From assembly GCF_009914755.1 (NCBI RefSeq), contig NC_060928.1: a DNA stretch of 64,000 bases. One strand, given 5' to 3'. Numbering within the stretch: the stretch's first letter is position 1; every line of letters starts with the position of its first letter. This stretch comes from the human T2T-CHM13v2.0 reference genome, Homo sapiens. The notes under the pieces are model-generated. The model did not search any database. It worked only from the letters and a program-made list of their open reading frames with translations, and was not told where the DNA came from. Below, piece by piece: positions 30,404-42,700 of this stretch. The position numbers were made by a program, and so were the translations under genes.

Positions 30404-32993
30404 TTTCATTCTATAGTCTCCTCTATTTTTATGTTTAAATGGATACATTGGTGTCCTCAGAATATACCATTTTTTTACAACAGAATCATTCAAGAGAGAC
30501 ATTATAACTTTTTAATTCTCTTGATTTTTAATGCAATATTTCATTAAACTCCTTTTAAGCATTAGAAGTTTTTGAAAATGTGCCAGGTGAGGTATTGTTA
30601 GGTAATTTTGCTGCTATTCTTGCTTCTTGACCATTTTCTCACTGTTTTAGTGCATTTGGAAATGAGTTTGACCCTAAGTTTCTTCCTACCTATATAAATA
30701 CTTAGAAACTCTTGTACTGTTTCCAAATCAACTGGAGCAGTGCCTCCATGGGCTACATTTGCCGTTATCTGTTTCACTGAGAAACAATATATCTACTGTA
30801 GTTAAAAAGTTCATGAATGGTCCTTGCTAATTTCTAGGCTGTTGAAACATGTCTCTAATTTCACAGATTTTGAGGAGGCAAGAGATCTGGAGTTTTATTT
30901 CTTTTTTTTTTTAATAGCATAGTGTTGGATTTATTCAGGATATGAGAAGACAGTCATCTGCGCACAACACATTTGCTATGAAAAAAAATTGTTAAACTAC
31001 ACTTATCTCCACTCACTGCTTCAGTGGTTATGTTAACTTTGTCCTGAGAGTAGCTAGCATTGGGGTAAGATGTAAAACACAAAAATAATGATGTATTATT
31101 CGATCAGTCTATTAACCCATACTGATTAGTGGCCACACTCAAAAAGACATATTGTAGCGAAAACATTCCCAATTCTCACTCACATGATAACCACCCTGGC
31201 TCTACAAGTACAATACGTGTATCTTTGCCACTTATCTGTTGAATGTGTACTAATAGCTTCCTCCAATGAATAAGGACTCTAAACTTCAGGGATCATTACA
31301 AGGTACCTGAGGAGCTGGGTGACTCTACAGTTGGAATTATTTTCACATTAAAAGAGCCAAGAAATCTATGAACTCATATTTTACTCAATTTATTTGTGCA
31401 GCCATATATAAATAGATGGTCTATTCATGTAAAAGAAACTATTATTTCAATTCTAAGAATGTTAACTTCATTATTCATAAACTAGTCCATTGGTCTGATA
31501 AGAAAGCATCTCTCATCTCACAGACAAATACTCTAAAATATGTTTATCACTAAACAACTGGCTTTATTTAGGGAACAATTCAAGATTCCCTGATCACATT
31601 TTCTGAAATGATCCAATTTTGTCACTCAGCATTGACTCTGTACCACAGAAATTGCATTCCTGTTCCACATTGTGTCAATGGAAAGGAAGGCTGATTTTGG
31701 TACTTAGCTATGAATATTCCATACTCTCTGTTCTCTGAAAAATGTGAACATTGAGTAGAAAATCATGAGTACGGGGGAAAAATAATAAAATATATGAATG
31801 TGCTTTTAAGAGCATGGCAATGTAGTGAGGCTTATTAAAATGCCACTTTTCATAAACAATTTAAAAAGTTTCTCTAAGTACTAATTTGGGAAAGTATGCT
31901 AATTTTCAATACTTAAAACCTACATCTGTTTAAATTAGAATGAGCACATTTTTGCCACATGTCACATTTTATTACCATGCAATGGTAAGTATAAATTTAC
32001 CACCTACATAAGAACAAAATATGGGCAATACATTTATGAATACATTAAATGTTTAAGAAAAAGCTTTTCTGCACTTCATATGATCTTGTTTTGTTTGTAC
32101 AGACTCATGTTTGTGAGCTGGGCAAGTTAGCTTCAGATATAAGGTATACATAGACCTTGGGTGTGGAAGGTCCAGGAGGGCCATGACTTCTGTTTTATTC
32201 ATATAGCACAGTGCCTGCCCCATAGAAAAAACCTAGCTCACAGTGGAGAAAAGTGAATGATGGAATAATGGACGTACAAAGCCAGCCAAGGTGAGGCTGT
32301 ACAGTGTTTATCATAAACAGTGGATGTTCTGAAGATGACCTCTTGACTTGTTTTTTATTTTTCTTACTCTAAGTGCCTCGGGTGAACTCTTTCACCTAGC
32401 ATGTTAGGACTAATCTGCAACGTGGAATTTATTATAAAAGTGAGTGCTCATACTTGATATTTGTCACACTAGATACTCTTAAAAATGTGAAAAAAATAAG
32501 ATTGTTTTTCCCCCACAAGTACATGCCGTCAGAGTAACCATTTTCTTCTTTAGATCAGAGTGCTAATAGTCAACAAAGGGAAATTGTTCAACATGTACAG
32601 AGCCCCAAGACTCTGGATTCCTTTTAAACTCCATGTGAACTGTATTTGGTTCCAAAGTAGAGCTAATCATTCTTAATCCAGGGGTAAAACCACCACTGCC
32701 AGTAAACAGACAGGCCCCCTGGCATTGAAGATCAAGTTGGTGATGATCAGTTTTCTAATGGGACAGCTTCTAAATAATGTCCCAATTTAAAATTGATGCA
32801 AATTTTGATAATGGAAATTGACAAAATGTTTATATTCAGAGGGTTAAAAATTTGTTTTCTATTGCTTAGTCTTGTGGCATCCTAGTTAGATGTCTAAACA
32901 TGATTGGTGCTACCTAAATTTCCTTTGGCCCCATTCTAGATACATCTCCTTATTTTGAAATTTTCATAACGTTAAGTAGATTTAGAAAATATG

Positions 32994-33362
32994 GGACGGC
33001 GTGGTGGCTTACGCCTATAATCCCAGCACTCGGGAGGCCAAGATGGGAGGATCACCTGAGGTCAAGAGTTTGAAACCAGCCTGGCCAATATGGTGAAACC
33101 CCGTCTCTACTAAAAATACAAAAATTAGCTGGGTGTGGTGGCAGGTGCCTGTAATCTCAGCTCCTCAGGAGGTTGAGGCAGGAGAATTGCTTGAACCCAG
33201 GAGGCAGAGGCTGCAGTTAGCTGAGATCATGCCACTGCACTCCGACCTGGGCGACAGGGTGCGACTCCATCGAAAAGAAAAGAAAAGAAAAGAAAGAAGA
33301 GAGAGAGAGGGAGGGAGGGAAGGAAGGAAGGAAGGAAGGGGAGGAGGGAAGGAAGGAAGGAA
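32994..33362 (+). mobile_element. AluSx-like with compound purine microsatellite tail
   Basis: TSD AGAAAATATG at 32984-32993 and 33363-33372; tail (GAAAA)n(GA)n(GGGA/GGAA)n. Confidence 0.93.
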
Positions 33363-33609
33363 AGAAAATATGAACAAGCAAAGAGAAGAAAATAAATCTT
33401 CAGAAAAAAAATTGTTGACATCCTAGACTGTTTTTTTTCTTCCTCCCTCTTTTTATTGTCGTGCTATTTCTGATCTTGAGGATACGGAAATTTGGTGTTC
33501 ACTTATAAATAACGGTTTCCATAGAGCCCATGAGCAAAAAATACAGAGAGAATGATAAAATGAGAAATGTAACATTTTCTTTTGGCTGATCTGTAGTTCC
33601 CACAAATGG

Positions 33610-33855
33610 GCAGTCTAGAAAACTGTTGAAAGTGCAGGGTTTGGAATGTGGCCGACTCAAGCTGGAATCCCACTTTCCCCACATGTGTGACCCTGTGCAA
33701 GTTGTTTAACTTCTCTGCGCCTGTTTCCTCTTCTGTAAAATGAGAATAATGTACTCATCAGAGCGTTTGTGTGAATAGTCAATGAGAGGTATTTAAAGAA
33801 TTTGGCACGCTGCCTGACACACTGTGCATTGAATGAATGGTGGCCATTATTATTA
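33610..33855 (+). mobile_element. MIR
   Basis: tgtgtgaccctgtgcaagttgtttaacttctctg...tttcctcttctgtaaaatgagaataat. Confidence 0.8.
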
Positions 33856-34509
33856 TTTATAAGAATACTTACTGTTATTTTACTTTCTTAACTAACCCTG
33901 CAGATCGCAAAGCTCCAATACCATGTGATGTGAAGACTCATTTTAGATCAGCCCAAGAAAAACACCATTAAGCAGGTAAATCCAAATTCTGTTGGGAAAA
34001 GATCATATGATGCATTCTCAAGCAAGTGCTTCAGGATTGTGGCACTGCAGTCTCTACTAGCCTAGGCAATGGCAGGATGGCTGTTCTTTGGGAATAAGGC
34101 CTTTAGAAAACAGTGAGCTCCCACATTCTATCCTGTCATCATTTTTGCCGTGAATACTCCACATAATTTATCTCCAGATGATTAGTTTGCCTTAGTGCAA
34201 TGTAATTAATTGGGACCAGAAGATACAAGAGTGTGTTTGTTATACTCTAATGAAGTTTCTTTGAGTTTTAAGTTGGACTTCAACAGTTAAAGAACAACAT
34301 GATCACGGAAAGTCAAATGGATTGTATATTAAGAAGATTTTTATTTATTTATCTATTATGGAAATTTATTTTTATTCTGTGTATTTTTTTATTTTTGACC
34401 CAGTTGAGCCTTGTTTGGTCAATACCTCTGGGAGATCTTGACAAAACAAAGCGTGTCTGGGCCAAAGATTTCCTTTCCATCTCTGGGGATTTTTTTTATT
34501 GATGATGAA

Positions 34510-34700
34510 GTTATTATGGACTGAGAGCCAGTTATGTGCCAGGCCCTGTGAGGTATCCTTTGCACAAATTACTTCATATAAGAGAACGACTGGTCCTATG
34601 ATCTATGCACAGCATCCTTCTTTTACAGAGACCAAGCCTGTGGTTGAAAGATATGGAGTCACATGGCAGCGGCCACACCTCCTCGAAAGCTAAATCCATG
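34510..34700 (-). mobile_element. MIR
   Basis: tatgtgccaggccctgtg...ttttacagag...gtcaca. Confidence 0.55.
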
Positions 34701-36249
34701 ACTGGGCCTTGGTCCCCGCAGGCTCCTGCCTGGCCTGCCCCTTCCTGTCCTGCAAAATTGGAAGGACATTGGTGCAGAATTGGAGGAGCCCTGCCTTTGA
34801 CAAGGCACATACAAAGGGAAAGTCTGTCAAAAAGCATTTGTTTTACTTTCTTTTTTAAAAGAAAAAAAAATACTGTTATTTACTGACTTTTAAAACTAAG
34901 TGACCAAACATTGGTGACATAAAATTGTTTCTTAAGTATAACAAATGTCACTTCAAATTGTTTTTTGGATTTTAAAAATAACCAGGTAAAGAAATGACGT
35001 TAGGGTGGGGAGAGAGGGCAGCAGAAAGAGAGTGGAGAGATGGAGAAGGAGGAGGAGGGAGGAAATCCAGGCAGTGGGTGGGGCACGGCCCCACTGATGA
35101 GTGTCTGAGCCATGGGCGCTTGGTGCTATTCAGGGAGGCAAGGTCCTATGTTCATAAATAATGTACTACAGGGACAGTTTGAAAGTGATCATTAAATTTA
35201 CATTTTTAAGGCAGGGGAGTTGCAGTCACAGCCACAAATATAAAAATCTAAATAAGGTGTCTTCAAGCATTGTCCTGGGACAAGAACTGCAGATACATGG
35301 CCCAGCCTCAACTCTCTAGATATCCTGCTGATCTCAGGGAATTCAGATGGTGTTTCCTGGGTCCAGTTCTCCCCCGCCACCCCTCTGAGGAAGCCCAATC
35401 TAAAGCATCCATGTTGGATGCTTTTACCATGACAAGGTGTGGAGAAAGAGGAATTTCTATAAGTAGAATGATAATGAGGAGCTGCCAGATTTCTAGCAGG
35501 CTGGGGACTCGGTGGTTCCCCTTGACATGATGCTTCTGGGCATGACTGAGGTCCTGGGTGTGTGACTGAGGGTCAGGGTGATGGTGTCTGAGCATGATTG
35601 AAGTCCTGCCTATGTGAGGAATGTGGGAAGGATATAACAGGACTGGTGCACCCAGACCTCTGGCCTGGGGAGAAGCTGCTTTCACCTCCAGCCAGGAAGA
35701 GTGGCTCCCAGCAGCAATACCCCACAGTAACTCAAAGTCATTAATCATCTCACTAAGTAAACTGTGTTTGATTCACAGTAGGCAAGAGTGTTCACAGATG
35801 ATGCCTAAAAACACAAGTAGTGTGTATAGGCGGGCTTCATGAGCTTGCAAACTGAGCATGTGCACCTGACCCTGTGCTTAGAACGGCCAGGTGTTCTGTT
35901 TGATACCCTGCTGTCATCATCTATAACTTATTCATCATACTTTTGGAATTGCCTTTTCATCTTGCGCTGGGCCCTGCAAATTTATATAGCAGATTCTTGT
36001 TGGGTAAATTTCAACAGAGATAAACAAAGTTTCCAAAGTTTCTGAGACTCCAGTCTCACATCCTACACCCTCAAAAATAGAAGAAAGAGGTCGGGGCAGC
36101 TTCGGCAATTCCTTCCTCTCTCCTGCCACTGGGACAAGCTCACCTCTGCTGCACCCTCCCTGCCTCAGCAATCTTTGATCTGTACCTTCAGAGAAGGTTT
36201 TTATCCTAGTCCATCCCCAGCAGACACCTCCTGCCCAGCCTCTCTCTGA

Positions 36250-36535
36250 AGGTCTACATGGCAACCACGGGCTACATGTGGCTCCCGGGCACCTGCCTTG
36301 CTTGCACTGAGATGTGTTATCCTGCAAAATACACACAAGATGCGAAAAAAAAGAATGTCAAGGAAATCATTACTATTTTTTATACTTGTTGAAATCATAT
36401 TTTGGCTGTACTAGGTTAAAAATATTATAAAAGTTGGTGTCATCTGTTTCCTTTTACTTTTTAAAATGTGGCTGATAGAACATTAAAAATTACATAGGTG
36501 GCTTCTCTTTGCTGCTCAATATATTTCTATTGGTC
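36250..36535. mobile_element. MER33-like hAT element
   Basis: gctacatgtggct...actgagatgtg...tgtttccttttactttttaaaatgtggct...aaaattacata. Confidence 0.7.
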
Positions 36536-36847
36536 TAGACATTTTTTTTAAAACCACATATCCACCTAAGTGTTCCACCTACATCTCCATCTCAGAAAGT
36601 CTCAAACCAGTTTCACTATCTTCTTCCCCCAAAACACTTTTTCCATGTCTTGTTTTCCCAAGACAGAAACCTGGTGATTAAACCATAGCCTGCTTCTACT
36701 CCCAAATGCCAGCTGAGAACTGTTGGTTCTGTCTCCATAATCTCTCCACGCCAGCACTTTTCCCCCAGCCCTACTGTCCTGTCTCAGCTGAGCCATTCAT
36801 CTTTTCTTCCTGGATTACTGTACTGTCCTCCTACAGGAAATTCCCTT

Positions 36848-36986
36848 ATTTTTTTTAAATTTTCTTGTAGAGATGGGATCTCACTGTGTTGCCCAGGGTG
36901 GTCTCAAACTACTGGGCTCAAGTAATCCTCCTGCCTCTGCCTCTGAAAGTGTTGGGATTAACAGGCATGAGCCACCCCACCTGGCC
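36848..36986 (-). mobile_element. FLAM/AluJ left monomer
   Basis: gtagagatgggatctcactgtgttgcccagg...ctgggctcaag...gagccac...ctggcc. Confidence 0.88.
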
Positions 36987-37227
36987 CTATGTGAAATTCT
37001 TGAATTCATTCCCACCCTACCTCAGTGGTGCTCTCACAACAGAGAAACTATCTTATAAAGGAAATCCTATTTCACCTTCCTGCTTGAAATGTCTCACAGT
37101 TGCCCTGCCATCTGGCTCTGGTCTGCTTGCTCGATTTTACTCACTATCTCTCCATATCGGGCATCCTGCATTCCAGCCATACCAATGGCTCCCAGGGCCC
37201 TGCAGATTTATATGGAATCCATCGCTC

Positions 37228-37730
37228 CATGCCTGGGCGCTGTGGCCACGCTGTTCCCTGGTCACGGTGAGGCTGGGCATGCCTGGGCGCTGTGGCCACG
37301 CTGTTCCCTGGTCACGGTGAGGCTGGGCATGCCTGGGCTCTGTGGCCACGCTGTTCCCTGGTCACAGTAGGGCTGGGCATGGCTGGGCACTGTGGCCACG
37401 CTGTTCCCTGGTCACGGTGAGGCTGGGCATGCCTGGGCTCTGTGGCCACGCTGTTCCCTGGTCACAGTAGGGCTGGGCATGCCTGGGCGCTGTGGCCACG
37501 CTGTTCCCTGGTCACGGTGAGGCTGGGCATGCCTGGGCGCTGTGGCCACGCTGTTCCCTGGTCACGGTGGGGCTGGGCATGCCTGGGCGCTGTGGCCACG
37601 CTGTTCCCTGGTCACGGTGGGGCTGGGCATGCCTGGGCGCTGTGGCCACGCTGTTCCCTGGTCACGGTAGGGCTGGGCATGCCTGGGCTCTGTGGCCACG
37701 CTATTATTCCCTGGTCACGGTGGGGCTGGG
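37228..37730. repeat. 50-bp GC-rich minisatellite (VNTR), 10 copies
   Basis: Unit CATGCCTGGGCGCTGTGGCCACGCTGTTCCCTGGTCACGGTGAGGCTGGG; last copy has a 3-nt insertion. Confidence 0.98.
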
Positions 37731-38269
37731 CAGCTTCCAGAGCGAATGTGGACATATTCTTAGGCCCCACCTCACGCACTTCTTCAGAGAAACCTCAGAG
37801 GCTCCTCCACAAGCCACGGGTACCCCCAGATTTCCCTCACTCTATGCATCCCATGCGCCTCTAGCAACGCAGGACCACACTCGAGTAGAGCTGTCTGTGT
37901 CGAAGACTGTTTGGCAGACACTGTTTCAGATGCGTTCCAGACACTTAGGAGAGCGACTGACACAGAGCAGGGCTTGACTGATTACATCCCTCGCTCATTT
38001 CTCCCGGCCCCGTCACCTTAGTTCATGCCCAAGTTTTCCTCTTGTCGAATTCATCGACACTATCATTTCATAATCTTTTCTTGTGCCCTTCATTTAATTT
38101 GATACTGTTACCAGTTATATATTTTTCACCCACAAATATGATCATTACTTTTCCTCTGTAAAGAAGCTCCAATGGTTCTCTCTCTTTCTCTCTTTTTCTT
38201 TCCCTAAAGAATTAACCCAAACTACTTAACATGATGATGATCCTGATGCTGATGACAAAAATAGGCATG

Positions 38270-38495
38270 GGTGGCCATTCATTCTGCCTCTGACGTGCCA
38301 GGCGCTATGCCGGTCATTTTGCAGTAATCTCATTTAATCCTAATGATAATACTCAGATGTAAGTGCTATTATCTCTTCCCCCTAAGTAGGGAAATAGGGG
38401 TCAGGAAAAGCCCAGGAGCCTGTTCCCCAAGACCAAGTTAGCACTACAGAGCTGGGAATGAATTCCAACTTTATGTGACTGCAAAGCTCTTCCAT
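38270..38495 (-). mobile_element. MIR
   Basis: gtgccaggcgctatgc...atctcatttaatcct...agagctgggaatgaattcca...tgactgcaaagctc. Confidence 0.75.
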
Positions 38496-40650
38496 GCCCC
38501 CACACCACCCCACGCCCGGTTCTCCCTACTGTTCCTACATTCCAGACGCACCATCCAGCCTGCAATGTGCTTTCACACCATGTTCACCTGCAGACAATGC
38601 TTTCTCCATCTAATGCCCCTGCCTTCACCATGCACACACTGAAGTTGCCTAGAAGGGTCAGTCACACTCTACTCTGTGCCTTCCTTCTGCCTCGGCACTT
38701 GTGATGCTGCGGGATTATCAGTTTCCCCTCCCTCATCCCAAAGACTGAACAGTCACCAAGAGTAGCAAGTCGACTAGTCACCACTGAACATACGCAGCCT
38801 GGAGAATCAGAGGTGCACGGTGTGTGCCTTTTACATGAACTCATGCATACACCAAGAATGATAGTAATGCCTGCTCACATTTGTTTAGCATCTCCCACAT
38901 GCCAGACCTCACCCTACACAATTAGAATACATAATCCATTCAATCCTCCCACCACTCTTTAGGATAATGTATCATCTTAATCCTTATTTATTTTTTCCAG
39001 AATAAACTTGTGATTCTAACAACTTCAACATAAAATAAATAACTTTTGCTCAATATCAAACTCTATAAAATCACTAAAATTGGCCCAATATCCTGGGTTT
39101 TTTAACTTGCATTATTTCTTCCTGATAATGACATTTAGGCCAGTCAAATCCTGTATTACCGTTTTAAACAAAGAAAAAAAGATTATGAGTTGCTTTTAAA
39201 ATTCATGTGTGACAAGCAGAAAAAACTCGTGGAGGCAGTTTCAACATTTAACCTAAGTGTACTTAGCAACTACACTTAATAGCTTTTTAAAAAGCCTCGT
39301 TTTTAAAAAAAGTGGATCTTTCTTTGCAGAGTGACTTAAAATACATCATCATAGTCTTATTAATTAAACATGTTCTTATCAGAAAAAAGCATCTCGAAAG
39401 CTAGTATATATGCTTAATTAAGCTGTATGCAACCATCAGTCCATATCTTGAATTAGGCTACATGTGAGGCCCTGATTTGCCCCATTCTTTCTGCTACCCA
39501 GAACAGCACTGCTCACTGCCTACCAGTGTTTCCAGCAAAGATATAAAGTTCTACATGTCTAAACGTTTTTGCCCTGATATCAAAAGCAAAGCAAAACAGG
39601 TCTTCTCCATTCCCATTTTGGTTAACAGCATCACCATCTGCCCACTGGCCTGATCCACCCAGAAGCCTGTCTTCTTTTTTGAACTTGAAATACTCATGTG
39701 CTTTATTTGTATAAATTCCCATTATTCCCTCACTGCTCCAAAAATAGAGAAGAAAGTAACATAAATGTACTGACATCAATTTGAGAACTAGAACATGTTA
39801 CCTTCCCGAAGTATCCATCTTGGATATAGGGAAGGAGACTTAGCCTCATAAAAGCACATGAAGGAATGCTCAGAGGAAATACTCTAAACCTAGTTTTCTG
39901 GAATTGGTAAGCAGAAGCTCTGGAGTCAGTTACAGGTTGTGAGCCTTCCACCAAGAAGAGCCACCTAACATACCAAAAAAATAAGCATGAGATTCACTTA
40001 AAGTTTGACAAATTTAGCAACTCCTTTCCATTGTCTGCATTTTAGAGAACCTATTGATGCTGTTGTAACAGCTACAGAGAATCGTGAGATGCCCAGTGAC
40101 ATTGGCTATAGTGGTAGCAAACCGGGTAGTGGGAAGTTTTCTAACAAATACTATGTAAAAGGAGAAGCCTGAGTCTTTTAACACCACAGATCAAACACTG
40201 CAAATGGTAGGACGAGCATTAGAGTCCCGCTGAGGTCGCTGAGACTTACACTTCACACGAATTGTAGTGGTGCCTAGATCTCCCTGAAGAGTGGCAGAAG
40301 CAGCCGCCCATCCCTTAAACTACACATGTACCTGGCTTCTCAAGACTCCAGAGTTTACTTAGAGATGAGTAACTAGAGCACAGGAATTTGGAAGAGAGTC
40401 TTTCTATAAACTCCCAGGAACAACCAACACCAGTAGCGGCTGACGTCTGTGAGACCTTCTTTGCGTCAGATGCAGTGCTCTCATCAACATCCAACACACG
40501 TGCCTTTAATGCCTGGGACTATGGCGACACTCATTTAGATGAGGGAACTGTGGCATAGAGGGTTTCGTACCTCGGCTTACTTCACTGCAATCGGCTTTCT
40601 AAACCAGAACTCCCACCCGACAATGTGTGAGTCCAAAGTCCATGTTTCTA

Positions 40651-40942
40651 GGTGCAGTGGCTCACTCCTATAATCCCATCACTTTGGGAGGCTGAGGCAG
40701 ACGGATCACTTAAGGCCAGGAGTTCGAGACCAGCCTGGCCAACATGGTGAAACCCGTCTCTGCTACAAATACAATTAGCTGAGCATGGTGGTGCACGCCT
40801 GTAATCCTAGCTGCTCAGGAGGCTGAGGCAGGAGAATTGCTTGAACCTGGGGAGGCAGAGGTTGCAGTGAGCCAAGATCATGCCACTGCACTTCAGCCTG
40901 GATGACAGAGCAAGACTCCATCTCAAAACACAAAAAATACAA
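40651..40942 (+). mobile_element. AluS inserted into an antisense MIR
   Basis: TSD AAAGTCCATG(T/C)TTCTA at 40635-40650 and 40943-40958; MIR core agatgagggaactgtggc upstream. Confidence 0.93.
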
Positions 40943-41494
40943 AAAGTCCATGCTTCTAACCACTAGCAATCACCCTATAACATATTCCCCTCAATGAAAA
41001 AGACTGAATCCAAGAAATCTCACCTGCGTCAGACTTTCTAAGTCATAGAGATTTATAGTAATAATTTTAAATGAGTCTTTGACTTTCAGACCCAGCGTAT
41101 GAAGGAGGAGAGTGTGAGTCAGTGCCGTTCCTGGGCGTCCGCTGGGAACTTCCCTGACTGTCCTTCTGGCTCTCAGGAGTGGAGCTCACTTGCTCAATTC
41201 ATTCCAGTGTCCCAGAGGTCACAGTCTCCCCTCTGTGAGCTGGGCTGTCCTCGGTCCCTGGGCCTATCTCTTTGCTGTCCTCCCTGGGATCTTGCCCCTG
41301 GGGTAGCCCTGCTTCCCTTGCAGCTTTCTTCTCTGCTGCTGGTGCCTTCCCCAGGGCTGTGCATGGGCTTAGCTCTTTCTTCATTTCTCTCCCTCTCTCC
41401 TCTTTTCTTCCTGCTGTCTTAGCTGGGCCCCCTCCATCCTTTTATTTCCTAATTGTACCTGTTGCTTCCATACCCTTAAAAGCATACTCCATTT

Positions 41495-42455
41495 TCTCCC
41501 TAGATGTATTGAGGTATAATTGACAAAGCTGCAGACATTTAAGGTGAACCACGGGCTGCTTTGATACAGGCATGCACTGTGCACTGATCACCACAATCAA
41601 GTTAGTGATCACTTCTTATCTTTTTTGTGGATGGTAAGAACATTTGGATCTACTCCCCTAGCAAGCTGCAAGTGTGCAATGTGGTTTTATTCACTACAGT
41701 CACCACGCTGCATGAGATCCTCAGAACTTATTTGTCCTATAACTGAAAGTCTGTGCCCTTTGACCTCATTTTCCTCCCCCCACCAATTCCTGGCAACCAC
41801 CATTCGACTCTGTTTCTATGAGTTCAACATTTAGACTCCACATATAAGTGAGATTGTACAGTATTTGTCTTTCTCTGTCTGACTTGTTTCACTTACCATA
41901 ATGTCCTCATATGTATGCTGTTGCAAATGGCAGGATTTTCTTCTTTTTTAGGGCTGAATAATATCCCATTGTGTGTATATACACCACATTTTCTTTATCC
42001 ATTCATCCATGGACAGGTCCTTAGGTTGTTTCCATATTTATTCCTTTCCTTTGTATGTATATCCAGAAGTGGAGTTGCTAGATCATATGGTAGTTCTGGT
42101 TGTAATTTTTGAGGAAACTCTGCACAATTTTTTACAATGTCTGTACCAATTTACATTCCCATCAACAGCTTACAAGGGTTCCCTTTTCTCCACATCCTCA
42201 CCAACACTCGTTATCTTTTGACTTTTTGGTGATAGCCATCCTAACAGGTGTGAGGTGGTGTCTCACTGTGGTTTTGACTTGCCTTTCCATGATGCTTAGT
42301 GATGTTGAGCACGTTTCCATACGTCTGTTTGCCATTTGTATGTCTTCTTTGGAAAACTATCTATGCTGGCCCTTTGCCCATTTTTTAACTGAATCATCTC
42401 TCTCTCTCTCTCTCTCTCTCTGTGTGATGCTCTTGAGTTGTAAACACATTTCTTA
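41495..42455 (-). mobile_element. L1MA/L1MB 3' fragment
   Basis: ttgaggtataattgaca...ccacatataagtgagat...tttatccattcatc...tgtaccaatttacattccca...ctaacaggtgtgaggtg. Confidence 0.88.
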
Positions 42456-42559
42456 ATCTTTCCATGTGCTTTAATCTCAGCACTTTAGCAACTGTCAAGA
42501 ACAAAGTTCTTTTCAAAAAGTTCATCTCAAAGTTGGCCACTGACTCGTAACAGGTAAAA

Positions 42560-42700
42560 CCCAATGAGCACTTCCCTGAGCCTCAGTTTCTTCTTTTCTC
42601 ATGTGAAACAGTGATGATAGTGCATACCTCCCAGGGCTGTTGAGCCAGACTCAACAATTTACATGAAAGCACTGAGGGGGTGCCAAATACATGTGAGTGG
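42560..42700 (+). mobile_element. MIR
   Basis: ccctgagcctcagtttc...tacctcccagggctgttgag...atgaaagcact. Confidence 0.65.

Larger units (their letters stand above)
36560..37975 (+). mobile_element. L2 fragment(s) hosting an Alu monomer and a 50-bp minisatellite
   Basis: cctggattactgtactgtcctcct; cctgcttgaaa; cacttcttcagagaaacct resemble L2; boundaries approximate. Confidence 0.55.

Noticed and set aside
33904-33974. Plus-strand exon-like segment (ccctgcag|...CAG|gtaaat)
   Set aside because: No partner exons or promoter evident; such pseudo-exons are common
35308-35748. 146-aa minus-strand ORF
   Set aside because: No recognisable protein features; consistent with chance
37228-37730. CRISPR-like periodic array
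   Set aside because: Units are contiguous with no unique spacers; primate context and no cas genes
36886-37977. 140-161-aa ORFs (HAWALWPRCSLVTV repeats)
   Set aside because: Translation of the 50-bp VNTR and Alu monomer
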